A stretch of 64,000 nucleotides of DNA from Patescibacteria group bacterium (GTDB taxonomy: Bacteria > Patescibacteriota > Doudnabacteria > UBA920). The notes beneath the pieces were generated by a model that was given only the letters and a program-made list of their open reading frames with translations, had not been told where the DNA came from and did no database searches. The translations under genes and the position numbers were made by a program. Location of the stretch: positions 188,885 through 252,884 of the forward strand of contig DAIMCS010000001.1 in NCBI GenBank assembly GCA_036726225.1, written 5' to 3'. Below, in pieces: positions 1 through 9,660 of this stretch. Within the stretch, counting starts at the first letter, position 1. Every line of letters begins with the position of its first letter.

Positions 1-872
1 ACCCCAATTAACACGCCCGTGTCCAGCAAATCTCCGGCCGCAGAAATACCCTCGTTATACATAATGTCGAACTCCGCCACTTTAAACGGCGGCGCGACTT
101 TATTTTTTACAATTTTTGCCTTAACCCGGTTGCCGATAATTTTATCGCCATTTTTTATTTGCGCGTTTCTGCGCACTTCAATTCTCACACTGGCGTAAAA
201 TTTAAGCGCGTTGCCGCCGGTGGTGGTTTCGGGGTTGCCGAACATTACCCCAATTTTCATTCGAATTTGGTTTATAAAAATAACTGTGGTAGAAGTTTTA
301 CTAATAATTGCAGTAAGCTTCCGCAAAGCCTGCGACATAAGCCTGGCGTGAAGTCCCATATGACTGTCGCCCATTTCGCCTTCAATTTCATTTCTAGGAG
401 TAAGCGCAGCAACGGAGTCTATAACAATTAAATCCACACCATTGCTCCTGACCAAAGTTTCGCAAATATCCAAAGCCTGCTCGCCGTTGTCCGGCTGGGA
501 AATAAGCAAGTCCTCCAATTTAACGCCGATCCTTTTAGCGTATTCCGGGTCAAGCGCGTGCTCGGCATCTATAAATGCAGCCAGTCCCCCGCGCTTTTGC
601 GCTTCGGCTATCATATGGAGGGTTAAAGTGGTTTTTCCCGAACTCTCCGGCCCGTAAATTTCAATTACCCGGCCTTTGGGAATGCCGCCCACGCCCAAGG
701 CTAAATCTAATGAAATGGAGCCGGTAGGCACAGTTTCCACGTTTAAGGCTTTAGTGTCAGACAGCTTCATTATGCTGCCGTCGCCAAACTTGTCTTTAAT
801 TTGATCAAGCGCCGACTCTATGGCTTTCCACTTGCCGGAATCCACAGGGGTTTTGGTTGCAGATTTGCTCAT
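1..872 (-). CDS. recA: Recombinase RecA (C-terminal end truncated by window edge)
   Basis: Reverse-complement translation gives [19 protein letters not shown]...[38 protein letters not shown]...; start codon rc ATG at 870-872; runs off window start. Confidence 0.9.
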   Translation of the reverse strand, partial: MSKSATKTPVDSGKWKAIESALDQIKDKFGDGSIMKLSDTKALNVETVPTGSISLDLALGVGGIPKGRVIEIYGPESSGKTTLTLHMIAEAQKRGGLAAFIDAEHALDPEYAKRIGVKLEDLLISQPDNGEQALDICETLVRSNGVDLIVIDSVAALTPRNEIEGEMGDSHMGLHARLMSQALRKLTAIISKTSTTVIFINQIRMKIGVMFGNPETTTGGNALKFYASVRIEVRRNAQIKNGDKIIGNRVKAKIVKNKVAPPFKVAEFDIMYNEGISAAGDLLDTGVLIG

Positions 873-1057
873 ATATTAAATATATTAATTTTTTTTATTT
901 TATTTCAATTAATATTGTTGTCAATAAACAACAACAAACATTACCGGATAAACTGGGCTTTTTAGTTTGTTTGTCCTTTTATGCAAACACTAAAATCCCT
1001 ATTGTCCCTGTATATTATACGAACGTTCACCTAATGTCAAATATTATTTGTGGATAA

Positions 1058-2002
1058 CTAATTTCCGCTGTGAAAGGAAGCCAAAAAAGGGATGTTGTTA
1101 AGCATCTCCCCTACGCTGCCAAGAGGCCCTAAATTTTCTCCGTTTAAATTAACCACAGTGGCTCCGGCATTGGAAGTGGAAAGCACAATTTTCTCCCTGC
1201 CGGCAAAAATTTTACTGTCGCCTGCGCTGAAATTTATGGTTTGCATACTTTCGTCGTCTATAGTAAAACTAAACTCCACCGAATCTGTAAAATTAACCCT
1301 AAGTTCCAGGCCGGCTTTTACAATCTCGGCCTGGCTGGTTGCGGTAACCGTAATAACTTTGCCCACTGACTTGCCGAACCTATTTTTAGCAACCACGGAA
1401 ATTTCTTTTGGCCCGGGAGCCAGGCCCAACTGGGTTTTAAACCGGCCCTCGCTGTCCACAAAAACATTTTGTCCGTTTATAGCTACGCTCATACCCGGCT
1501 CGGTAAGACCCGTAATTTCCACAGCTGCCCCGGCTATAATAGAAAAATTTTCGGGCGATTCAATTTTTAAAGACGGTGCTCTGTTAATTGACCATACCTG
1601 CCAGACAATATAGCTCACGGTCATCACCACAAAAGCCACCCCAACAGCCAAGCTTAAAATTTTGGGAGTAATAACAACTTTGCCAAAAATTTGCCTGGGC
1701 AAAATTTTGGAAGCAAAACCCTGTTTAACCAAATTTTTGTGAATGCCCTTTTCTTTTTTGTACTGCTCAATAAGTTCTTCTGAATTTACCGAATACATTC
1801 TGGCCAGCTGGGCTAAAAAACCCAAAACATAAACGTCTGCGGGTAAAACAGCAAAGTCACCGCTTTCTAAGGCGGCTAAAAACTTTGGCTGAATCCCGGT
1901 TTGGCTGCTGACTTCGTTTAAAGAAAGGTTTAAATTCTGCCTGACTCCGGCTAAATATTCGCTTAAAGTTTCGGTCTGGATTTTTTTTCTTTCAAATGAC
2001 AT
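1058..2002 (-). CDS. RodZ-like cytoskeleton protein (N-terminal HTH, one TM segment, C-terminal DUF4115-like domain)
   Basis: 314-aa ORF; XRE-type HTH at N-terminus, hydrophobic segment, beta-rich C-terminal domain. Confidence 0.55.
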   Translation of the reverse strand: MSFERKKIQTETLSEYLAGVRQNLNLSLNEVSSQTGIQPKFLAALESGDFAVLPADVYVLGFLAQLARMYSVNSEELIEQYKKEKGIHKNLVKQGFASKILPRQIFGKVVITPKILSLAVGVAFVVMTVSYIVWQVWSINRAPSLKIESPENFSIIAGAAVEITGLTEPGMSVAINGQNVFVDSEGRFKTQLGLAPGPKEISVVAKNRFGKSVGKVITVTATSQAEIVKAGLELRVNFTDSVEFSFTIDDESMQTINFSAGDSKIFAGREKIVLSTSNAGATVVNLNGENLGPLGSVGEMLNNIPFLASFHSGN

Positions 2003-2111
2003 TAAAATAAATTCCGATAACCAATTATCAAATTACAAACAAATTCCAATAATCGAAATTGAAAATTGGAATTTTTATTTGTTTTTGGTTTTGGTATTTG
2101 TAATTTGAAGT

Positions 2112-4391
2112 TTACGATTCGTCTTCCTGTATTCCATATTCCGCCTTCTCGTCGGGCGGCACCACACCATACACCTCCCTGGGTTTTGCGCCTTCACCCG
2201 GGCCAATTACCCCTTTGGCTTCCAAAATATCCAGCAGCCTTGCCGCGCGGGCGTAACCCACCCGCAAGCGCCTTTGAAGCAACGAAGCCGAAGCCTTGCC
2301 CGCGCGCTTAACTTCTTCCATAGCTTCTTGCAGGAGCGGATCGTCATCGCCGTCACCGCTGTCCCCTTCTAACCCCGGGATTCCCAGGGCCCGCTTTGGT
2401 TTTTCTAAAATTTCTTCGTTGTAAATGACTGCGCCGGTCTGCTGCTTAAAGAAATCCACAACTTTTTTAACTTCCTTTTCACCAATGTAAGCGCCCTGGA
2501 CTCTTTTGGGTTTGTTAAATTCTGCCGAGGTGTAAAGCATATCGCCGTTGCCCAAAAGTTTTTCAGCTCCCGAGGAGTCTAAAATTGTGCGGCTGTCTAT
2601 TTGGCTGGCGACGGCAAATGCAATTCTGGAAGTGATGTTGGCTTTAATAAGTCCGGTAATAATATCTACAGACGGCCTTTGGGTGGCCAGCACTAAATGG
2701 ATGCCCACAGCGCGCGCCATTTGGGCCAAACGCACAATTGCGGCTTCCACTTCTGCCTGGGCCACGGACATAAGGTCTGCAAGTTCGTCTACCAAAATTA
2801 CAATGTAAGGCATAGACAAACCGGATGCTTCGTTGTACTCCACAATATTCCTTTTACCGACTTCGGACAAAAGCTTATAGCGGCGGTCCATTTCCGCCAC
2901 TGCCCATTTGAGCGCATTAACTGCTTTTTCATTTTCCGTTACCACAGGCGTAAGCAAATGCGGAATGCCGTTATACGGTGTCATTTCCACGCGCTTTGGG
3001 TCAATAACAATAAACTTAACGTCCTGCGGCGTGTTCCTGTAAAGCAAGCCAATGAACAAGCTGTTAATAGCCACGCTTTTGCCCGTGCCGGTGGCGCCGG
3101 CAATAAGCATATGCGGCATTCTGGCCAAATCTACTATAATTGGATGTCCGGCCACGTCCCTGCCCAAAGCCAAAGCCAGTTTGCTTTTGTAATCCACAAA
3201 TTCAGCTGTTTGCATAACCTCGCGTAAGCGCACAATAGCCGTAGATTTGTTAGGCACTTCTATGCCGACTAAGGCTTTACCCGGAATTGGCAGCTCCATA
3301 CGGATGCTGTGAGCGGCAAGGGCAAGCGCAAGGTCGTTTTGCAAAGCCGCAATTTGCGAAAGCTTAACTCCCACTGCCGGGCGCAAAGTGTACTGGGTAA
3401 CTGTTGGTCCCACGTTAACTTCCCCCATTTCCACCTCTATCCCAAAATCCGCCAAAGTCTTTTTTATAACCGCGACATTCACTTCTATGTTGCCGCTGTC
3501 CACGGCGGTTTGGTTGTCGTCGAGCAAATCAAACTGCGGCAGCTTCCAGTCTTTGCGGTCTTGCACTGTCATGGCATCTAACTGCGGAGACTTAATGGTT
3601 TTTGTCTGTATGGTTTGCGAACTGGTTTTACTTTCCGCTTCATTAGCAACTTTTGGATTTTTCTCTAACACCTTTTCTTCCAAAAACCCGCTTTGGCCCA
3701 TAGCGTTAATTTTCAAAACCGGCTGCTCCAAATTATGGACAACCGGCGCCTCTGCTTCTTTCGGCTTTTCTTGTCCGTCTTCTTTCTTCTCCCAGAGTGA
3801 CTTAAGCGACACGTCAAAAATAATTAACAGGCTAATTACAATGAGCGCCACTAAAATTAAGCTGCCCGCCCAAAAACCCAAAAACGAAAACAGCGGACTG
3901 GAAACTGCGGCGCCTAAATAGCCGCCACCCCGGCCTTCTGATGCAATTTCAAAAGCGCTTAAGCCCGAATTTAAATAAAAAATATGAATAAGTCCGCCCA
4001 GGCCGACGCAAAGCAAAACCGCGCCCAAATAAATCCTTAAATAAAAACTGTGGTGCTTGCTCTCTTCATTTAAATCCTGTTTGTACAACGACACAGCAAC
4101 GCTTAACAAAATTAAAGGCACTAAGTAGGCCATTAGCCCGGACGCCCAGGAGAGGCCTTGGAAAAATTGCCGGCCGAGTGAGCCCGCCAGCCCTGCCAAA
4201 CTTAAAAGTGAAACTAAAGCCAAAGCAGTAAACACCACCACCATTATGCCGCGTTTGGTTTCAGGGGAGAGGTCGAGTTTGGGCTTGTTCCTTTTCTTCT
4301 CAGCTTTTTCCAGCTTTTCTAATTTTTCCAATTTTTGCAGCTTTTTTTTGTATCTGTCCATGAATAATTTCCTTATAGTTTCCCTCCCCAA
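2112..4391 (-). CDS. ftsK: DNA translocase FtsK/SpoIIIE
   Basis: 759 aa; N-terminal TM helices, Walker A GATGTGKSV, C-terminal winged-helix gamma domain (LLQEAMEEV...RLRVGYARAARLLD). Confidence 0.9.
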   Translation of the reverse strand: MGRETIRKLFMDRYKKKLQKLEKLEKLEKAEKKRNKPKLDLSPETKRGIMVVVFTALALVSLLSLAGLAGSLGRQFFQGLSWASGLMAYLVPLILLSVAVSLYKQDLNEESKHHSFYLRIYLGAVLLCVGLGGLIHIFYLNSGLSAFEIASEGRGGGYLGAAVSSPLFSFLGFWAGSLILVALIVISLLIIFDVSLKSLWEKKEDGQEKPKEAEAPVVHNLEQPVLKINAMGQSGFLEEKVLEKNPKVANEAESKTSSQTIQTKTIKSPQLDAMTVQDRKDWKLPQFDLLDDNQTAVDSGNIEVNVAVIKKTLADFGIEVEMGEVNVGPTVTQYTLRPAVGVKLSQIAALQNDLALALAAHSIRMELPIPGKALVGIEVPNKSTAIVRLREVMQTAEFVDYKSKLALALGRDVAGHPIIVDLARMPHMLIAGATGTGKSVAINSLFIGLLYRNTPQDVKFIVIDPKRVEMTPYNGIPHLLTPVVTENEKAVNALKWAVAEMDRRYKLLSEVGKRNIVEYNEASGLSMPYIVILVDELADLMSVAQAEVEAAIVRLAQMARAVGIHLVLATQRPSVDIITGLIKANITSRIAFAVASQIDSRTILDSSGAEKLLGNGDMLYTSAEFNKPKRVQGAYIGEKEVKKVVDFFKQQTGAVIYNEEILEKPKRALGIPGLEGDSGDGDDDPLLQEAMEEVKRAGKASASLLQRRLRVGYARAARLLDILEAKGVIGPGEGAKPREVYGVVPPDEKAEYGIQEDES

Positions 4392-4535
4392 GTTTGGGGA
4401 GGGCCGGGGAGGGGTTGATTGATCCCTCTAATTCTCGCTGCCTTATTTTAACATTTTTTTATCCAAACTAAAACCCCGCTTTTTGGCGGGGTTTTTGTAT
4501 CTGCGTAATCTGTCAGTTATCTGTGTATCTGTGGT

Positions 4536-5102
4536 CTACATTCCTTTTACTCTGACCTTCTTGGTCTTGGCTTTGGCTGCTTTGGGTACAACAATTGTCA
4601 GAATTCCGTCTTTCAGGTCTGCTTCTATGTTTTCGCTGTCTATATCTATTGGGATAATTACCGAGCGGGAAAAATTTCCCCAGTAGCATTCCTGGTAAAA
4701 ATAATCGTCAGTCGTTACGCTTTCTTCCTTTCTGCGGCTGCCTTTTACGGTAAGCATATCGTTGGCAACCGTAATATCTATGTCTTCGGGCTTAACTCCC
4801 GCGATTGTAGATTTGATAATCACGTTATCCTTAGTCTGGTACATATCTATGTTAAGCTGGCCTTCAAAATCACTAAGCCATTCCTCGTTGCTTTCCTTAG
4901 CTGTCTGCCTTACTGGCTGGCTTTCCGCCTCTTCTACAATTTCCAAATCTTGATCCTGCTCTTCAACAACGTCCGGAGCAAGCTCTTCCGGTTCTAAATC
5001 CTGTTGGCTGACTTGTGAAACACTAACAGGCTGCGGAGCTTCGTCGGTAACGCTTCCCCCCATAATTTTTCCAAAAAATGATGCTCGTTCTTTCTTAGCC
5101 AT
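4536..5102 (-). CDS. Hsp20/alpha-crystallin family small heat-shock protein
   Basis: 188 aa; alpha-crystallin domain (DMYQTKDNVIIKSTIAGVKPEDIDITV...GILTIVVPK) with acidic N-terminal extension. Confidence 0.8.
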   Translation of the reverse strand: MAKKERASFFGKIMGGSVTDEAPQPVSVSQVSQQDLEPEELAPDVVEEQDQDLEIVEEAESQPVRQTAKESNEEWLSDFEGQLNIDMYQTKDNVIIKSTIAGVKPEDIDITVANDMLTVKGSRRKEESVTTDDYFYQECYWGNFSRSVIIPIDIDSENIEADLKDGILTIVVPKAAKAKTKKVRVKGM

Positions 5103-5309
5103 AACTCTAAAATTTAATTCTTTCTCTGCTGTAGTATGATAAACAATTAAGAATAGGGCGTCAACCCCGTTGCAGTTTCCCTAAATTGTGATATTTTTGA
5201 TGATAAAATCTGTGGAGCAATTGTAATAAAATCAGCAATCTTTCATTACACAAACTGCAATGGGGTCAAACCCTCTAAATCTTGATGGAAAGCAGTGAAA
5301 CAGCGCAAT

Positions 5310-6389
5310 TTAAAGATAGTTTTTAACGGCCCCAAAAACTACCTCTCCTCTATCTGTAATCGCGCTGATGTATTGATTGTTTTGCAGTTGCTTTCTAAAC
5401 TCGCCGCTTTCCAACTCCGTTTTTACTTCGTTGAACAAATTTTTTCCGCCCAGCAGAATTAATTTGCGCTCTACCAGGTAGTCCACGTTGTCTTCCTCCT
5501 GCCCGGGCAGGGTAAAAGTTATTAAAAGAGGCAGTCTCCACTGCAAAGATTCGGCAGTACTAAGCCCGCCCGGTTTGCCCACAAAAATGTCAGCAATTGA
5601 GTAAAGCTCGGCCATGGGAGAGTAGAAAGAAAGCGGGATTACGTTTTTATAGCCTAAGCTATGTATAGAATTAAAAAGCTGCTTATTTTTTCCACAGGCA
5701 AAAATTATTTTGGTATTGGGTAAATTTACCAATTTTTCTAAATCTTCCAGCTTAAAACCAATGCCCAAAGACCCTGTGCCTATTAGCACCACTTTTTCAT
5801 TTTGCGATATGCCCAATTTTTGCCTGACTAATGACGGATCAATTTCTAATTTTGGTTTAAGCGCCATGCCGCAAACAAAAATTTTGTCCGCTGGAAAACC
5901 GCGAGCCACTAATGCCTGTTTTTGCTCTTCAATATTGGCCAAATAAAAATCGGCTTGCTCGTAAAGCCAAAACGGATGCAAGTGGTAATCGCTAAAGCCT
6001 ATGCCAAAAGGTTTGGTGTAAAGTTTTTTACGTTTAAGATAAGCAATAACGCCGGAGGCGGCTGTTTGCACGCTAATTACCATATCGGGCTTAAAGTTGT
6101 TAATAAGATTTAACGCCTGCTTATGGTTAAAACTTGCAATAAAGAGCCTAAAGGGCATACCGGCCAAGTAACCCCATCTATATATCCAGCCCCACACAAA
6201 GGGTAAATGCTTGTTTATAAATTGGTGTATGACAAAAGTTGTGTGGGAAAATTTTCCTTCCTCAACTTTGCCAATATCTTCTAAGCGGACCTCAAAGCCG
6301 GCCCGGGCGAGATGCCAGCCAATATTCTCGGCCATGGTTTTGTGGCCCAGACCAACCGAAGTATGGAAAATTAAGATTTTTTTAGACAT
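5310..6389 (-). CDS. Glycosyltransferase, MGDG synthase/UgtP-like (GT28 family)
   Basis: 359 aa; N-terminal GxGH motif (HTSVGLGHKT), MurG/UgtP-like two-domain architecture. Confidence 0.55.
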   Translation of the reverse strand: MSKKILIFHTSVGLGHKTMAENIGWHLARAGFEVRLEDIGKVEEGKFSHTTFVIHQFINKHLPFVWGWIYRWGYLAGMPFRLFIASFNHKQALNLINNFKPDMVISVQTAASGVIAYLKRKKLYTKPFGIGFSDYHLHPFWLYEQADFYLANIEEQKQALVARGFPADKIFVCGMALKPKLEIDPSLVRQKLGISQNEKVVLIGTGSLGIGFKLEDLEKLVNLPNTKIIFACGKNKQLFNSIHSLGYKNVIPLSFYSPMAELYSIADIFVGKPGGLSTAESLQWRLPLLITFTLPGQEEDNVDYLVERKLILLGGKNLFNEVKTELESGEFRKQLQNNQYISAITDRGEVVFGAVKNYL

Positions 6390-7791
6390 CCCTAAAGTTT
6401 ACTGCTTTATTAAACTCCTTATTTGTAAGTAACTTTTTTCCCACAACCACATCGCGCAAAGTTTTTCCCGATGACACCGCTTCTTTTACCACCTGCTTCA
6501 TAGTCTCGTAACCGAATTTTGGCGTGAGTAGGGTTGCGTAGGCAGTGGATTTTTCCAAAAGTTCACGGCAGCGTTTTGGGTTGGCTTTGATGGTTTTGAT
6601 GCAGCGATCGGTAAAAATCTGTAAAACCTGCGAAGCCATTTTTATTGAATGGATGAGTTTGTCAGCCACAGGCGGAACCATAACAGCTAAATTTAACTGC
6701 GCGCCGTGAGCTGCGTGCTCTATAGTTAAATTATTTCCAGAAACTGTGTAATACAAAACATTTACTGTTTCAGGTAAAATTGGGTTTACTTTACCCGGCA
6801 TTATGGAAGAACCGTTTTGAAGTTCGGCTAAAGTAATTTCGCCAAATCCCCCTCGCGGGCCGCTCGACATAAGTCTCAAATCGGATGCGATCTTCGAGCA
6901 ATCCAAACATAGAGCAGTAATGGCTTGCGAAATTTGTAAAAAATCAGAGGAGCTGGAAGTGTGGGCAACAAAATTTTTAGCCGGTATAAAATTTTGTTTG
7001 GTAATTTTATTTAACTCTTTATACACACTCTTTATGTATCTAGGGCTCGCATTAACAGAATTACCCACCGCAGTTCCGCCTAGATGCAAGGTTAATGCGA
7101 GAGATTTTACCCGGGTGATTTCTTTTTGGTGACCACGGATAATTTCTGCGTAAGCGAAAAATTCTTCTCCCAAAGTAATTGGCACTGCGTCCTGCAAATG
7201 AGTTCGGGCTAATTTTAAAATATTTTTAAACTGTTTACCTTTGCTTTCCAGTGCAGCTGATAAATTTTCTAAAACTGATGATAATTGGTCAAGCAAATTT
7301 GCGGACGCAACCTTAATCGCAGTAGGGTTTACATCGTTTGTAGATTGGCTTCGGTTAACGTGGTCGTTAGCATTTACTACTTCACTCCCTCTCCCCTTGC
7401 GGGAGAGGGTTGGGGTGAGGGGTTTATTTAATATCTCATTCGCCCGACTCGCTATCACTTCATTGACGTTCATGTGAATGGACGTGCCGGCTCCACCCAT
7501 AAGTGAAGGCAAGGGAAATTGATAATCAAAAAATTTCCTTTTTACCCTCTCCCTTTGGGAGAGGGTGGCCGAAGGCCGGGTGAGGGTTCCATGCTCTATT
7601 ATTTCATCCGCCGCCTTTACAATTGCATTCTTTACGTTGCGGTTAAAATTTCCCGCGGTAAAATTTGCAATCGCTGCCGCTTTTTTTATTTGCGCCAGCG
7701 CAATAATAAATTCCCTATGAAACGGGCTCGTATCAAAGGGAAAATTTTTTAATGCTTTTTGTGTTTGCTCGCCAAAATACTTTTTTTGCAT
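6382..7791 (-). CDS. Aspartate ammonia-lyase / class II fumarase family lyase, carrying two in-frame palindromic-element insertions
   Basis: 469 aa; signature GSSIMPGKVNP; insertions at 7385-7422 and 7545-7587 encode low-complexity PTLSRKGRGSE-type segments. Confidence 0.7.
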   Translation of the reverse strand: MQKKYFGEQTQKALKNFPFDTSPFHREFIIALAQIKKAAAIANFTAGNFNRNVKNAIVKAADEIIEHGTLTRPSATLSQRERVKRKFFDYQFPLPSLMGGAGTSIHMNVNEVIASRANEILNKPLTPTLSRKGRGSEVVNANDHVNRSQSTNDVNPTAIKVASANLLDQLSSVLENLSAALESKGKQFKNILKLARTHLQDAVPITLGEEFFAYAEIIRGHQKEITRVKSLALTLHLGGTAVGNSVNASPRYIKSVYKELNKITKQNFIPAKNFVAHTSSSSDFLQISQAITALCLDCSKIASDLRLMSSGPRGGFGEITLAELQNGSSIMPGKVNPILPETVNVLYYTVSGNNLTIEHAAHGAQLNLAVMVPPVADKLIHSIKMASQVLQIFTDRCIKTIKANPKRCRELLEKSTAYATLLTPKFGYETMKQVVKEAVSSGKTLRDVVVGKKLLTNKEFNKAVNFRDV

Positions 7792-7793
7792 AG

Positions 7794-8390
7794 CTATTTC
7801 AACTTAAGCAAAGCTTGTCCGCCTGCCTGCCAATTTTTTATGGCATCCACGGGATGGATTAGCATAATAATATTCAGCGTTAGGTTATCCCTCACCCACC
7901 AGAGCAAAAGCAATTCAATGCCAACTATAGCCAAAACACTTTGCCAGACTTTGGCCCGCCACGCCACCCAAAAACCAATAGCCATCATTACAATGTCGCT
8001 TAAGGAATTTAAAACACTATCACCCACATAGCCGTAATTCACGGTCATATTGCGGTAACGGTCTATTATAAAAGGCGAGTTTTCCAAAATTTCCCACGCG
8101 CCTTCTAAAACAATTGCGGCAATTAGGCGATGCTTTGGCGACAGCTTTCTTGCCACCAGCCAAAGAAAAAAATAAAACAAAAAACCGTGGATTACATGGG
8201 TTAAAGAATAAGCGTCAAAAACTCGCTGGGAATTTTCGCTTCCGTAAATATTCCCGTCCCACCAGCCAAACCTGCCGTCAGGACCAAAGCCCGACCTGCC
8301 CATAAAAAATTCTGCCGCCGCTACAATTACAAAAACCAGTACGCAAGAAAGAATTATCCATTTGTGCTGCTTGATAAATTGCATATGCAT
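7794..8390 (-). CDS. Membrane protein, DUF2585-like
   Basis: 198 aa, multiple TM helices; family assignment from memory only. Confidence 0.4.
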   Translation of the reverse strand: MHMQFIKQHKWIILSCVLVFVIVAAAEFFMGRSGFGPDGRFGWWDGNIYGSENSQRVFDAYSLTHVIHGFLFYFFLWLVARKLSPKHRLIAAIVLEGAWEILENSPFIIDRYRNMTVNYGYVGDSVLNSLSDIVMMAIGFWVAWRAKVWQSVLAIVGIELLLLWWVRDNLTLNIIMLIHPVDAIKNWQAGGQALLKLK

Positions 8391-8557
8391 TAATTATCCT
8401 TTTGTCCTAATTTTCTCTCCCCCTCTGCCTCATCTATAGCTTTACCGTAACGCCTTACCCAGGGAAATTTATCTACTAACTCCCCGTCTTGCAAAGCGCC
8501 TGCGCTATAAGGGCCATCTGCATCCAACCTGTTTTTATAGTCATCTTTCTCCATAAA

Positions 8558-9211
8558 TTAAATAAATTTTAAAAGTTTGTTAATTGTAATCTTTCTAAAA
8601 TCTTTTATTACCAAATTTGCATGCGAGAGTTCTTTGGGATGGTGAGAAGTTGCAACAGCAATTACTTTCATTTTAGCTCTTTGCCCGGCTTTTATGCCGT
8701 TTAAGCTGTCTTCGAACACTACGCATTTTTTCGGACTGACTTTAAGTTTTTTAGCAGCCTTTAAAAAAATTTCCGGGTCAGGTTTTCCGTGTTTTACGCC
8801 TTTTGAATCAACAATAGTATGAAAATATTTTCTTACCCCCGTGCGGCCTAAAACAAAATTCACATTCACAGTTGGCGCAGCAGTTGCCAGCGCAATTTTT
8901 ACTTTATGCTGTTTTAAACTTTCTAAAAATTCTTTCAAACCACTAAGCGGTTTAATATACGGAGCGTAAATTTTGCGGTAATAGGCTTCTCTTTTTATAT
9001 CTAACTTTTCTATTTCTTTATTTGTCAGCCCCTGTCCCAGCATTTGCCGAATAGTTTCGCGCGCAAATTTACCCAAAAATTTTGTCCTGACAGTTTTAGA
9101 CGAAAGCTTAATGCCAAACCTTTTAGCAAACCTAATCCAATTCAACACGTGATACTTAGTATTGTTGACTATAACCCCGTCCATGTCAAAAATTACAGCA
9201 AAATTTTTCAT
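8558..9211 (-). CDS. HAD-IA family hydrolase (beta-phosphoglucomutase-like)
   Basis: Motif I FDMDGV, motif IV FEDSLNGIKAG; start trimmed to internal Met (MKNFAVIFDMDG) because the upstream 10 codons of the track ORF run into a terminal inverted repeat. Confidence 0.75.
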   Translation of the reverse strand: MKNFAVIFDMDGVIVNNTKYHVLNWIRFAKRFGIKLSSKTVRTKFLGKFARETIRQMLGQGLTNKEIEKLDIKREAYYRKIYAPYIKPLSGLKEFLESLKQHKVKIALATAAPTVNVNFVLGRTGVRKYFHTIVDSKGVKHGKPDPEIFLKAAKKLKVSPKKCVVFEDSLNGIKAGQRAKMKVIAVATSHHPKELSHANLVIKDFRKITINKLLKFI

Positions 9212-9307
9212 GTTTGATATATAGGTTCCTAGGGTTCCCAAAGATCAGGGATTTTTGGGACAAAAGAGCAGCGTCCAAAGCGAACGAAGTGAGGACGATT
9301 GACCCGT

Positions 9308-9397
9308 GGCGGAGAGGGAGGGATTCGAACCCTCGATGCCCTTGCGGACATAGCAGTTTTCGAGACTGCCCGATTCAACCACTCTCGCACCTCTCCG
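9308..9397 (-). tRNA. tRNA-Ser(CGA)
   Basis: rc sequence GGAGAGGTGCGAGAGTGG...CTCGAAA...long variable arm...GGTTCGAATCCCTCCCTCTCCGCCA; anticodon loop CTCGAAA. Confidence 0.85.
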
Positions 9398-9660
9398 CGT
9401 CGCAACTTGCTACGAGCCATCGGAATTAACTAAAGTTAATTCCTCAAACTCTCCGCAGTTGCTCCTTATCCCAAAAATCCGTGCTCGTCCAGACAAAGCC
9501 CTGGACTGCGCTCCTAATTTTTGGGAACCCTAAGTGGCTCCCCTTATTATAAATTAAAAACCGCCTATTCTCAATACGGAACTCTTGATAGATCACCCTA
9601 ATATATGTTATATTCAGCCAATCTAAATAGGGTACCAACCACACACAAGGGAGGAAAACA

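Noticed and set aside
159-657. Plus-strand ORFs 159-431 and 442-657
   Set aside because: They lie antisense within recA, whose minus-strand reading frame is unambiguous (P-loop GPESSGKTT and downstream motifs).
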